A stretch of DNA of 64,000 bases from Verrucomicrobiota bacterium (GCA_018648805.1 JABGQM010000024.1:1065-65064); one strand, 5' to 3'; positions 28,013 to 37,315 are shown, numbered from the stretch's first letter. Translations and numbers: made by a program. The notes: generated by a model not told the origin, from the sequence alone.

Positions 28013-28178
28013 GCCCCCTCCGGCACGCTCGTGACGATCAGGTAAGGCGCAAGAATCCCTGAGAAAAGGGTGAAGTGAATCACGAATGGGGTGGGGCATC
28101 TGATGCACCACCCCTCGTGTTATAGGTCCCCAAAATCGGACGCTAGCTCGACCGCCGCCCTGTCTCTCCCGCTCCCTG
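28013..28178. repeat. Direct repeat copy 2 (~90% identical to 25262..25420)
   Basis: ...cgctcgtgacgatcaggtaag...gggtgaagtgaatcacgaatggggtggggcatctgatgcaccacccctcgtgttataggtccccaaaatcggacgctagctcgacc...ctccctgtagccc. Confidence 0.75.
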
Positions 28179-28243
28179 TAGCCCGCTCCCCGCGGAGCGG
28201 GGTAAACTCGCCGCTTGCCCCGCCTTGGCGGGGAGAGCGAGGC
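28176..28243. repeat. Intergenic REP units
   Basis: ctgtagcccgctccccgcggagcggggtaaactcgccgcttgccccgccttggcggggagagcgaggc. Confidence 0.75.
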
Positions 28244-28661
28244 TGGCTCTGCAGGTGGAGTAGAGCTCTTGAGTATCCCGACGTGACCCCGGCCTCAACC
28301 GGCCTTGTCCCGCGGCACTCGGGATACCCCCTGCAGCCCCAGAATTCGCCCCGGGTGGAGCTGCGCTTTTGCATGGGCTTTGCGCACTGCGGGCAGGTCG
28401 GGGCATTCAACCGGGAAAGAGCAGTTGGCCGAGAAGACAAGGGCAAAGATTAGGGTAAAGACGAGGGGACTGGATCTCTCCCTTAATCTCTCCAAAAGCG
28501 GCGGCGCTACCGAAGTACACCCAGCGGGTGCAAGCTCGGAGAACCGGATCGTCAATGCCGACAGGCTATTCCGGTGTTTCGCGCAGTTGAACTGCCGACT
28601 ATAAACTCAACCGGCGCCAGCATGATCGAGAGGGATATCCTCTGACCTGTGCCTTTGGCCC

Positions 28662-29120
28662 CTATTTCTTGGCCCAGTTTTCCACCTTCAGGCCCTGGAC
28701 GCGCTTGAATTCGGCTTCGTTGTTCGTCACAAGCGTCGCACCTTGCGCCTGGGCATGCGCGGCAATCATGAGGTCCATCGCCCCAATGGGGACGCCGGCC
28801 TTCTCTAGCATGCAGCGTATCTCGCCGTAGTGACGAGGAACATGAACGGCGTCGCAATCCAACAGGGCAAATGGCGCCAGAAGCTTCGATACGGCCCGTC
28901 GCTCCTTTTCTGGATGTGCGGACTTCCCGGCACCATACTCAAGTTCACAGACGGTCACCATGGACACACCCACAGTGGCACCGGCAGTGAGGTGACGCTG
29001 TATACGTCGCCGGATACGTTGCGCCTTTGTGTGGCGGGCAGACGTGTGGTCGGGATCCTTCAGTCCCCGGATCATGAAGATCAGAATATCCGTGTCGAGC
29101 ATGTAGAGGCCGGCAGCCAT
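28662..29120 (-). CDS. vapC: VapC-type PIN toxin
   Basis: MLDTDILIFMIRG...; conserved acidic residues; true start probably Met at 29102. Confidence 0.7.
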   Translation of the reverse strand: MAAGLYMLDTDILIFMIRGLKDPDHTSARHTKAQRIRRRIQRHLTAGATVGVSMVTVCELEYGAGKSAHPEKERRAVSKLLAPFALLDCDAVHVPRHYGEIRCMLEKAGVPIGAMDLMIAAHAQAQGATLVTNNEAEFKRVQGLKVENWAKK

Positions 29121-29123
29121 AAC

Positions 29124-29345
29124 TCAAAAGCCCCTGTCTTCAAGCGGCGGCTGATTCCGCTCTGCCAGGAAATCAGCCGGCAGCTCGGACACGCCCTCGT
29201 CAAACAGCGTCCACGGCTCCTTTTCTGTGAGAAGCAATCCATCAGCGGTGGGCTGGACGTTGACCTCCCGCGAATGGAAGCGATAACGCTTGGGCAACCT
29301 GACGGCCTGGCTGCGGCCCGATGTAAATACCTTGGCTGTGATCAT
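29124..29345 (-). CDS. vapB: AbrB/MazE/SpoVT-family antitoxin (VapB-like)
   Basis: MITAKVFTSGRSQAVRLPKRYRF (SpoVT/AbrB swapped-hairpin motif); 3 nt upstream of vapC. Confidence 0.7.
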   Translation of the reverse strand: MITAKVFTSGRSQAVRLPKRYRFHSREVNVQPTADGLLLTEKEPWTLFDEGVSELPADFLAERNQPPLEDRGF

Positions 29346-29460
29346 AGGGCACCGATCCTTTCTTTCCGTGATACCTACCAATGGGTATATACCATATGCG
29401 CCGGAATGTCAAGTCGAACGGGCTCCCATGATTATGCATCCGTCTCCCTTGCAGCCCTCC

Positions 29461-29658
29461 CTGTAGCCTTCCCTGTAGCCCGCGCTCGGCTCCCCCTGAG
29501 CTTGCCGAAGGGCCGAGCGCGAGGCAATCCTGCCACATGATTCTGCTCAGGTCCGATTTTGCCACGTTTGCCACACCACGCCGCCCGTCCCGCGTCGCTA
29601 CATCTTTCTTCCCCTGCAGCCCTCTTCCCTGTAGCCCGCGCTCGCCGAGCGCGAGGCC
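29461..29658. repeat. REP cluster flanking RAYT (downstream side)
   Basis: ctgtagcc...ctgtagcccgcgctcggc...ctgtagcccgcgctcgccgagcgcgaggcc. Confidence 0.8.
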
Positions 29659-29681
29659 AAAACTCGCAGAGTCTTACGCCA

Positions 29682-30332
29682 TCACAGCACGCGTCCTCCC
29701 CACGACCCATACGGCCACGCCTCGGCATCATCTACCAGGCCTGCTCGAACGGGGTTCTGCCTGATATAGTGGGCGATGCGGTCGGTCTCGTCGGCGGACC
29801 TCGACCAGTGATCGAACCATTCGTCCTGCCAGAACCGTTGGCCGGTGCGTCCGAGAAGCTGGTTCGCCTGTCGAGCGGTCCAGCGCTTGAAATCGGTCAG
29901 CAGCTCTCTCATGCCCACTTGGCCACCGATGTAGAGAATGTGGAGGTGACTCGGCATGACAACCCAGTGCAGAGGACGCCAGACACCGTTTGCGGCCCGT
30001 TTGGCGATGGCTTCACCCAGCATGCGGGCCACCTCCGGATTGCCCAGCCACTGCACGCGCTCGGTGTGGTCGAGCCATTCCTCCATCTGCTTGAAGATAA
30101 GCTTCAGCCTGCGGGTGTAGTCCCTGTCGCCCCGGTGGCAGAGCGATGCCGCATCCGCACGGATGCGCTGCATCGCCTCCTTGGGAATAGCACCACGCAG
30201 ATGCAGCGTCAGAAAGATCGGGCGGCCCAGCACATCCCAGTGCGGCAGGTTGCCACCCCAGAACGCGCGTGTCTGTGGCTGGCCGTCGTAGACAACCGGA
30301 GGATAGCCATCATGCGGGCGGGCAGATTGCAT
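29682..30332 (-). CDS. REP-associated tyrosine transposase (RAYT, IS200/IS605 Y1 family)
   Basis: HUH-like motif MPSHLHILY, C-terminal ...WQDEWFDHWSRS...IAHYIRQNPVRAGLV typical of Y1 transposases; flanked on both sides by REP clusters (29461..29658 and 30352..30509); start set at second Met because the first 12 codons are REP sequence. Confidence 0.7.
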   Translation of the reverse strand: MQSARPHDGYPPVVYDGQPQTRAFWGGNLPHWDVLGRPIFLTLHLRGAIPKEAMQRIRADAASLCHRGDRDYTRRLKLIFKQMEEWLDHTERVQWLGNPEVARMLGEAIAKRAANGVWRPLHWVVMPSHLHILYIGGQVGMRELLTDFKRWTARQANQLLGRTGQRFWQDEWFDHWSRSADETDRIAHYIRQNPVRAGLVDDAEAWPYGSWGGRVL

Positions 30333-30351
30333 AGGCGCAGTGTGGCAGATG

Positions 30352-30509
30352 GGCCTCGCGCTTGGCAAGCGCGGGCTACAGGAAACCCATCCAGCCTCCC
30401 CGCATCACTTCTCCGCCATGTAGCCCGCGCTCGCCGAGCGCGAGGCAAGATGCTCGATGGCATTACTCCCAATGAAACCAGCCACGCTCTCGCCGAGAGC
30501 GGGCTACAG
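30352..30509. repeat. REP cluster flanking RAYT (upstream side)
   Basis: ggcctcgcgcttggcaagcgcgggctacagg...tgtagcccgcgctcgccgagcgcgaggc...ctctcgccgagagcgggctacag. Confidence 0.8.
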
Positions 30510-31568
30510 AGAAAGTCTCTCCCGTGCCGACAGGTTGCCGGTCAACGCCGCGACGAGACCGCCGGGCAGCGCGCTCAACAGTGTCATGGCGCGCACCAGC
30601 ACGGCGAGGGTGAGGACCAGGCTCGGATTGCCCGCCGCGACGAAGTAGAGCAGGTAGAGCTCTTCCATCACACCGATTCCGCCGGGGGTGATGGGCAGGG
30701 CCGAGATGATCAGGATCAGCGGAACATGCAGGAAGTAGTGCGGCCAGGGCACATCCAGCCCGAGCGCCACGCCCAGCAGGAAGACGAAAGCGCTGCCGAG
30801 AAACTGGGCCAGCAGGGAGATGAGGAATGCCCGCACCAGTGTGCCCGGGGCCGCGCGGTAGCCATCCGCGGCGTCACCTGCTGCCGCGAGGTGTTTCGCG
30901 ATCGGCAGGCGGGCATAGAGCTTCTGGAGACCGCACAGGCGCCGCAGGCGTGGACTCAGCAACAACGCCAGAACGGCGCAGGCAGCGGTAAACACAACGG
31001 CCACGGATGGTGCGCTGACATGGAGTAGATCGCGGTCGCGCACTCCCATGGCCAGGAGAAGCGCCAACATGACGGCGGCCGTAAAGACCATGGCGCAGAC
31101 CCCCAGCAGGCGGTCCACAAAAACACTGACAAGCACGTGCGCCTTGTGCGTCGTCTTTCGCATCACGCAATAGGCCTTTACGACATCCCCGCCAACCATC
31201 CCGGGAATCACGGTATTGAAGAACTCACCCATGAACTGCAGCTTGACCATCTCGCCGATGGAGATGTGGACGCCCTGTACGGCAAGCAGGAGACGCCATC
31301 GCAACGCGGCGACCCCCAGCGAGGCGATCGAAACGGCGAATGCTGCCGCCAGCCACCGCGGGTCCGCGCCGGACATGCTGGAGAGGATTCCCGGGCAGCT
31401 AACCGTAAGGCCGGCCTCATCCGTCACCGGGTAGTCACGCCAGTGCACTTGCGAGATCACGAATCCCAGGAGGGCGAGCGCGATGATGATTTGCAGAGCC
31501 CGGAACAGCGGGTGGCGTGCCTTACGGGATGCGAAGTGCGCGAGGCGGGTCAGGGCATGCAAGGGCAT
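30504..31568 (-). CDS. Lysylphosphatidylglycerol-synthase-TM-like (UPF0104) flippase-like membrane protein
   Basis: 8 predicted TM helices, motif FMGEFFNTVIPGMVGGDVVKAY typical of LPG_synthase_TM family. Confidence 0.65.
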   Translation of the reverse strand: MPLHALTRLAHFASRKARHPLFRALQIIIALALLGFVISQVHWRDYPVTDEAGLTVSCPGILSSMSGADPRWLAAAFAVSIASLGVAALRWRLLLAVQGVHISIGEMVKLQFMGEFFNTVIPGMVGGDVVKAYCVMRKTTHKAHVLVSVFVDRLLGVCAMVFTAAVMLALLLAMGVRDRDLLHVSAPSVAVVFTAACAVLALLLSPRLRRLCGLQKLYARLPIAKHLAAAGDAADGYRAAPGTLVRAFLISLLAQFLGSAFVFLLGVALGLDVPWPHYFLHVPLILIISALPITPGGIGVMEELYLLYFVAAGNPSLVLTLAVLVRAMTLLSALPGGLVAALTGNLSARERLSL

Positions 31569-31577
31569 TGGCGCGCC

Positions 31578-32243
31578 TTACTCAAAATAGATGAAGGAGT
31601 AATCACCGCTGTAGCCGAAGTGCCCGTACAACCACACCCACTCTTCCGGCGTAAAGAAACACTCGCACGTGAGCTGCCAGTACAGGAGATTGGCCTTCTC
31701 TTTTTCGGACCGGTAGGACTCGACCACAAGGTAGCTGTTGGTGCGCGTGACGCGTTCGATCTCGGTGAGGGCCGACGCCAGTCCATCGATGGTGAGGTTG
31801 TGCAGGGTATTCAGGGAAATCACCAGGTCAAAGCTGTTGTCTTCGTAGGGCAGGTCGCGCGCGTTGCCCTCATCCAGAAAGGGTCGGACCTCTTCTTTGG
31901 CGTGCTCGATGGCGTAGGGCGAGACGTCCAGCCCGCGGATCTCGATGCCGGGCGCTGCCACCTGGAGTTCGTACAGCAGGTGCGCCTTGCCACAGCCGAC
32001 ATCCAGTACGCGGCTGCCCTCGCGCAGACCATAGTGTTCGATCAACGCCTTGGCGATCGGGGCCCACCGCCCATCGTACGTGTACCCGCCATACCCGTGG
32101 CGGCGGTCACCGTCCCAGTAGTCGCGACCGAACTGCTTGGCCACGGCGGCGCACGCCGCCTTGTCGTGTTCGGCGACGCGTTCGAGATAGTTTCGCTGTG
32201 TGCTTGTGTGTAGCGGCGCAAGAAAGTCTACGTATTCCATCAC
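31578..32243 (-). CDS. Class I SAM-dependent methyltransferase
   Basis: Motif I VLDVGCGKAHLL, motif II/post-I DLVISLNTLHNL. Confidence 0.75.
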   Translation of the reverse strand: MMEYVDFLAPLHTSTQRNYLERVAEHDKAACAAVAKQFGRDYWDGDRRHGYGGYTYDGRWAPIAKALIEHYGLREGSRVLDVGCGKAHLLYELQVAAPGIEIRGLDVSPYAIEHAKEEVRPFLDEGNARDLPYEDNSFDLVISLNTLHNLTIDGLASALTEIERVTRTNSYLVVESYRSEKEKANLLYWQLTCECFFTPEEWVWLYGHFGYSGDYSFIYFE

Positions 32244-32278
32244 TCTTCTCCTGGTTGTGCCTCTGATCTCCCGGGGTG

Positions 32279-32347
32279 GCCTCGCTCTCGGCGAGAGCGG
32301 GCTACAGGGAGGTGCATCATGTAGCCCGCGCTCGCCGAGCGCGAGGC
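32279..32347. repeat. Intergenic REP pair
   Basis: ggcctcgctctcggcgagagcgggctacaggg...tgtagcccgcgctcgccgagcgcgaggcc. Confidence 0.85.
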
Positions 32348-32372
32348 CATTCCTGATAGCCCAAAATCATCA

Positions 32373-33452
32373 TCAAACAAAATCCATGTGCTCCTGGTCG
32401 GCCTCGAAGAAGTCGATCAGCGCAAGGTTCTTTCCGTGGGAGACGCAGTGGTGGCGACACTCCCGGCTTGGGTCCAGGTTCTGCAGCCGCTCGCGCAGCT
32501 CTGTGCTGGACCACAGGTCCGCGAAGCTGCGCTCGCGAATCGACCCCAGCAGCCCATCTGTCGTGTAGGCTTTGTCCTGGCAGGTGTAGACATTCTGGTC
32601 GGCGGCGATGATCGTCAGGCAGCGCGTCATGGGGCACCACGTGTACTCCCGCACGTAATTTTCGCGCATCGAGTCGGGGAAGTGGACCTTATCGATGACC
32701 GAGAAGTGCTCGTTGGCCAGCGTGGTCTCTGCCTCCCTGATCTGCGCCTTGACCTCGTCGTAGAATGCGGCCATGTAACGGCGATTCTCCTCCGGTTCGG
32801 TCGACGTGACCACTCCGGATACCTTGACGTGATCGACGCCGATCTCCCGGGCCATTTCCAGGAAGTGGAGCACCTGGGCGCTGTTCTCCTGCGTCACGAT
32901 AAAGTTCACCCCCAGCACGCACGTGCGGCCGGGCATGGCCGCGAAAGCCCGCATGTTGTTGCAGACGCGATCGAATTCCCCGAGCCCCACCGAGCGTACG
33001 CGTGCATAGGATTCGGGGTCGACTGCACCGATCGACACGCGGACCCACGTGGCGCGTTGCGCCAGCAGCTCGGCGGCCTCGCCGTCGAGCCGGGCGCCGT
33101 TGGTCAGCATGGCAACCTTGATTCCGCCGTCCATCAAAGCGTTCGCCGTCTCCACGATGTGCGGATAGCAGAGCGGCTCACCGCCCCCGCTGAACGTCAC
33201 TGCGCGCACGCCCATGTCAACCAGGTCGGCCACAATCTCGCGCATCTTGGCCGGTGGGATCTGGTCGCGCTCCTGCATGTGCTCGCCAAGCTGGAGGTCC
33301 GGGTTGCGGTAGCAGCAGTAGGCGCAGTTGTGATTGCACCGGTTGGTCGGCTTGAGCCGTATATGGATCGGCGGGGGGATCTCCTTTGCCGCGATCTTTT
33401 GGAGTCGGTCCGGGAAATGAAAAATCTTACTGCTGGAATAGACATTACCCAT
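32373..33452 (-). CDS. Radical SAM / SPASM-type enzyme
   Basis: CNHNCAYCC (CxxxCxxC), GGGEPL; C-terminal Cys cluster CPMTRC...CQDK...CRHHC. Confidence 0.85.
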   Translation of the reverse strand: MGNVYSSSKIFHFPDRLQKIAAKEIPPPIHIRLKPTNRCNHNCAYCCYRNPDLQLGEHMQERDQIPPAKMREIVADLVDMGVRAVTFSGGGEPLCYPHIVETANALMDGGIKVAMLTNGARLDGEAAELLAQRATWVRVSIGAVDPESYARVRSVGLGEFDRVCNNMRAFAAMPGRTCVLGVNFIVTQENSAQVLHFLEMAREIGVDHVKVSGVVTSTEPEENRRYMAAFYDEVKAQIREAETTLANEHFSVIDKVHFPDSMRENYVREYTWCPMTRCLTIIAADQNVYTCQDKAYTTDGLLGSIRERSFADLWSSTELRERLQNLDPSRECRHHCVSHGKNLALIDFFEADQEHMDFV

Positions 33453-34362
33453 GATTCAGGATCCTCCCGGCGATATCGCCTGCCGTCAATCCGTAGGCTG
33501 CCCGCAGGTACGCCTGGCTACCGGCCTCGCACGCGTAGGCGTCGGGCAGAGCGAACCGTAACATCCGCACGCCGGCACCGGCCGCCAGGATGGTGTCGCC
33601 CACCGCGCTGCCCAGCCCGCCCCGTGCCACATGCTCTTCGATGGTCGCGATCGTTCCACAACGGCGCGCGACGTCGAGAACCAGCTCCTCATCCAGCGGC
33701 TTCACGGTGTGCATGCTGATGACTTCCGGTTCGAGTCCACTTTCGGCGAGAATCTCGGCGGCGGCGACGGCCGTCGGCAGCATGCTGCCGGACGCGATCA
33801 ACGCCACGCCGCGCCCCTCGCGCAAGCGGATGCCGCGGCCAATGCGGAAATCGGCGGGCTCGTCTTGATGCACGACCGGTTCGCCGCTCTTGCCCAGCCT
33901 GAGGTAGCAGGGACCCGGTAGCGACATGATCTCCCTGGTGGCGGCGCCGGCCTCTACCGGATCGCCCGGGCAGACAACGGTCATGTTGGGCAGAGCGCTC
34001 AGCACCGCGACGTCTTCGATCGTGTGATGGGTCACCCCGGCCGGTCCGTAGGTCAGCCCGGCCCCGACCCCGACGATCGTCACAGGCAGATTGGCGTAGC
34101 AGAGATCGACACGAATCTGCTCAAAGCAGCGGAAGGTCACAAAGGGGGCAATTCCGTAGACGAATACCCGTTTACCGGCCACGGCCAGTCCGGCGGCCAT
34201 GCCGACCATGGCGGCCTCGCAGAGGCCCGTGTTGAGGTAACGGTCACGGAACGTCTCCTGAAAATCGTCGAAGACGTGGAAACCCGTATCGCCCACCAAG
34301 AGATAGACGGAAGGATCCTGCTCCATGCTACGCGTCAGTTCTTTCAGAAACGCCTGTCTCAT
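33445..34362 (-). CDS. Transketolase, C-terminal (pyrimidine-binding) subunit of split transketolase
   Basis: ...FHVFDDFQETFRDRYLNTGLCEAAMVGMAAGLA..., typical TK C-terminal half; overlaps N-subunit gene. Confidence 0.85.
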   Translation of the reverse strand: MRQAFLKELTRSMEQDPSVYLLVGDTGFHVFDDFQETFRDRYLNTGLCEAAMVGMAAGLAVAGKRVFVYGIAPFVTFRCFEQIRVDLCYANLPVTIVGVGAGLTYGPAGVTHHTIEDVAVLSALPNMTVVCPGDPVEAGAATREIMSLPGPCYLRLGKSGEPVVHQDEPADFRIGRGIRLREGRGVALIASGSMLPTAVAAAEILAESGLEPEVISMHTVKPLDEELVLDVARRCGTIATIEEHVARGGLGSAVGDTILAAGAGVRMLRFALPDAYACEAGSQAYLRAAYGLTAGDIAGRILNHG

Positions 34363-35171
34363 GGGGTCTCCCCATCAATCTCACTCACAAACGCGTCCAC
34401 CTTATCTTCGGGTACGGAGAAGTAGTGCCACCCCAGCCTGTCTTCCATTTCGGCGACGCCCTTGCCCAGCACCGTCCGTGCGATCAGAACCGAGGGCTTG
34501 CCCGGCTCAAAGGGCGTCCGGGCGAAGGTCTCCGAGAGCTGCGTCAGGTCGTGTCCGTCGACCTCGGCCGTCGCCCAGCCAAAAGCGTCAAACCGGCGCG
34601 CCAGTGTCTCAACAGGCTGGATCTCCCCCACGCGGCCGTAGCCCTGCAAGTCGTTGGCGTCGATCACCGCCGTAATGGAGTCGAGCCCCAGGCGTGCTGC
34701 CTGGATCGCGGCTTCCCACACGGTTCCCTCCTGCAGCTCGCCGTCCCCCATCAGGACGAAGAAGCGGTGCGTCTCGTCGTCGTGGGCGGCGGCCAGAGCC
34801 ATGCCCACGGTAAGCGCCAGTCCGTGTCCCAGTGAACCGGTCGAGAGCTCCACCCCCGGGACCAAGCCGGCGCAGGGGTGGCCCATCAACGGGCTGCCGT
34901 CGGCCAGGAACTGCGTGAGGGTCGATCGATCGATGAACCCCTTCTGCGCCAACGTCGCGTAGAGGGCCGCCGCCGCGTGGCCCTTGCTGAGAATGAAGCG
35001 GTCCCGCGCGGGATCGTCGGGGGAGGGCAGATGCATCCGGTCGAAGTAGAGCGCGGTCAGGATGTCGACGGCCGACATCGCCGATCCCACGTTCGATCCC
35101 CGGCGATGCATGCGCACCACGTCTTTCCGAATCTCACGGGCTATGGAATCGAGTGTCATGTCAGTCACCAC
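34359..35171 (-). CDS. Transketolase, N-terminal (TPP-binding) subunit
   Basis: SKGHAAAALYA, GSLGHGL, MGDGELQEG TPP-binding motif. Confidence 0.85.
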   Translation of the reverse strand: MVTDMTLDSIAREIRKDVVRMHRRGSNVGSAMSAVDILTALYFDRMHLPSPDDPARDRFILSKGHAAAALYATLAQKGFIDRSTLTQFLADGSPLMGHPCAGLVPGVELSTGSLGHGLALTVGMALAAAHDDETHRFFVLMGDGELQEGTVWEAAIQAARLGLDSITAVIDANDLQGYGRVGEIQPVETLARRFDAFGWATAEVDGHDLTQLSETFARTPFEPGKPSVLIARTVLGKGVAEMEDRLGWHYFSVPEDKVDAFVSEIDGETP

Positions 35172-35204
35172 CCAACCTGTGCTGTGGTATGCGGTTTGTG
35201 CAAC

Positions 35205-35296
35205 ATGTAGCCCGCGCTCGCCGAGCGCGAGGCCGACTCCATGTAGAAGCCCTGCCCTTGACTATCCTGCCTCGCGCTTGGCAAGCGCGGGCTACA
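35205..35296. repeat. Intergenic REP pair
   Basis: tgtagcccgcgctcgccgagcgcgaggcc...cctcgcgcttggcaagcgcgggctaca. Confidence 0.85.
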
Positions 35297-35324
35297 TTCG
35301 GATGGACCCTCTGCGTAACAGAAA

Positions 35325-36386
35325 CTAAATAAAATCATCATGATCCATCGGATTCTTGAGGCGGTCGAGGTAGCAGTTGCATTCGTCCATGCGGCAGATG
35401 TCGCGGCATTCCTTTGCGATGTCGAGGTCGTGGTCGATGAAATCCAGGACGGCCTGCCGTCGCGGCCCACGCCAGATGGCCCCCAGACTCTCTTCGCGCG
35501 CATTGCCCGTCAGGAACCGGGGGTCTCCGTCGAACACGTTACATTCGCACACGTTGCCATTGGCCGAGACGAAACTGATAAAATGCGTGCCGTGGCATTT
35601 CTCGTACCGCTTTTCGCTGTTCACCCGATCGATCGACCGGGCACGGTAAATGACCTTGAACGACTCGTCCTGCAGGGCTTCCAGTGCGTCCTCAAGATGC
35701 GCTTGCGCGGCATAATCCGGCTTCAATTGACACTCGCTCAGCGGATGCTGTGAAAAGGGCTTCACGCTAAAATAGTCCACGCCTACCGCTTTCAGGCGAC
35801 GCGCGAAGTCGACCAGTTCTCCTGCATTTTCGTCGAGCAGCACGAGCTGAACACCGATCACGACACCCAGTTTGCGGCTTCGCTTGCGTTCAACCGCCCG
35901 CTCAAGGTTCGTCATCACTTGGTCGAAGGCGGCTTCGGGGACACGGTGCACGGCGGCATAGTTGGCGGCATCGCACCCGTTGATCGAGAAGCGAATCCAT
36001 TTCAGTCCGTCGATCAGCGGCAACTTGGCGTCGTCAAGCGGGTAGCCATTCGTCGTGACCGAGGTACTCATCTTGGCTGATGCGTGCGAAATGATCTCCA
36101 ACGCGTCGGTGTGCAGAAGTGATTCCCCGTGCCCGGCGAACATGACCGCGCGGTTGCCGAGGCCGTGCAGCTCGTCGATGATGCGCTTCGCGTCGGCCGT
36201 CTCGATATCGTCATGCGTCTTGTTGACAAGGTAATCAACGCCGCAGAAAACGCAGCGGCAATTGCAGCGTGTCGACAGCGCCATCTCCGTATAGAGCGGG
36301 CCACGCGACTGTCCGTGCTCGAGCCAGTGGGCCACCTCGCCGGGATGGAACATTAGACGTTGCATATCGAAATTGCTGTCGTACAT
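35325..36386 (-). CDS. Radical SAM / SPASM-type enzyme
   Basis: CNCRCVFCG; C-terminal CxxC/CxC cluster (CHGTHF...CECNVF...CRDICRMDECNC). Confidence 0.85.
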   Translation of the reverse strand: MYDSNFDMQRLMFHPGEVAHWLEHGQSRGPLYTEMALSTRCNCRCVFCGVDYLVNKTHDDIETADAKRIIDELHGLGNRAVMFAGHGESLLHTDALEIISHASAKMSTSVTTNGYPLDDAKLPLIDGLKWIRFSINGCDAANYAAVHRVPEAAFDQVMTNLERAVERKRSRKLGVVIGVQLVLLDENAGELVDFARRLKAVGVDYFSVKPFSQHPLSECQLKPDYAAQAHLEDALEALQDESFKVIYRARSIDRVNSEKRYEKCHGTHFISFVSANGNVCECNVFDGDPRFLTGNAREESLGAIWRGPRRQAVLDFIDHDLDIAKECRDICRMDECNCYLDRLKNPMDHDDFI

Positions 36387-37315
36387 CAGACTAGTATCCT
36401 CTCAACGTGTTCGAATATCAATGCGGGACTGATCCCGCGCATGCAGGTCTCATCCAAAACGCAGTCGGTGGCATAGCATGGACGGCAGGCGCAGGGCGTG
36501 GGCGAGCTGGCGATGTGCAGGTTATCCCAGTGGCCCAGGTCAGACGACGTGGTCGGCCCGAACAGGGCAAGGACCTGTTTGCCGAGGGCCAGCCCCAGGT
36601 GCAGCCCGAGCGAGTCGTTGGTGACCAGGAGTCGACAGCTGTTAATCCAGTCCATGTAGCCGTCAAGATCCTGCAGGCATTGTTGATAGGACGTCCGGTA
36701 CTTCCCCGCGACGCGCGCATTCAAATCGTCCCAGCAATCCGCGGGCCAGGCCTTGAGAGGACAGAGCGTGCCAACATTCACGTTGAAGCCAATATCGTAG
36801 CACTCGCTGGTTTTCGGCTGATAGCCGAGAAGATAGCCCTCGCCCTGCCAGGTGGCGCCGAGCATATCGTACACCAGCTCGACCCAGGATCGCGTCAAGC
36901 GCTGCGCATCTTCATGTGTGCGGATGACAAGGGATTCGTAGGCCTCTTCACAGGCCGCGGCTTTTCCGGTTCGGGGGTCCAGCGTGAACCCGTACCGCTT
37001 CCAGGCCTGGATTCGGTCCGCCATCCCGCAAAGCTCGGGCACCTTCTCCAGGTTGACCACCTTGTCAAAACGTTCACCCTCTATCTCAAGCACCTTCAGA
37101 TCGCCGAACGTGACCAACCGGTCGATGCGTGAATTGCCCTGCAACAGCGGGACGGCCGCTTCATCCGTCAGCCATGTCACGTGGTGGTCCTTGAAAAGAT
37201 GCAGAATCGGCGTGGTACGCAGCACGTCACCCAGGCTGCAAACGGCACGCACATGCGGCACGAACGTCTCGGAGTAGCCGGGCTTGATAATCAGGACGGT
37301 GTGCTGGCGGCTCAT
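36386..37315 (-). CDS. Glycosyltransferase family 9 (heptosyltransferase-like)
   Basis: N-term LIIKPGYSETF...LGDVLRTTPIL matches GT9 N-terminal signature; C-terminal LVTNDSLGLHLGLALG. Confidence 0.7.
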   Translation of the reverse strand: MSRQHTVLIIKPGYSETFVPHVRAVCSLGDVLRTTPILHLFKDHHVTWLTDEAAVPLLQGNSRIDRLVTFGDLKVLEIEGERFDKVVNLEKVPELCGMADRIQAWKRYGFTLDPRTGKAAACEEAYESLVIRTHEDAQRLTRSWVELVYDMLGATWQGEGYLLGYQPKTSECYDIGFNVNVGTLCPLKAWPADCWDDLNARVAGKYRTSYQQCLQDLDGYMDWINSCRLLVTNDSLGLHLGLALGKQVLALFGPTTSSDLGHWDNLHIASSPTPCACRPCYATDCVLDETCMRGISPALIFEHVERILV

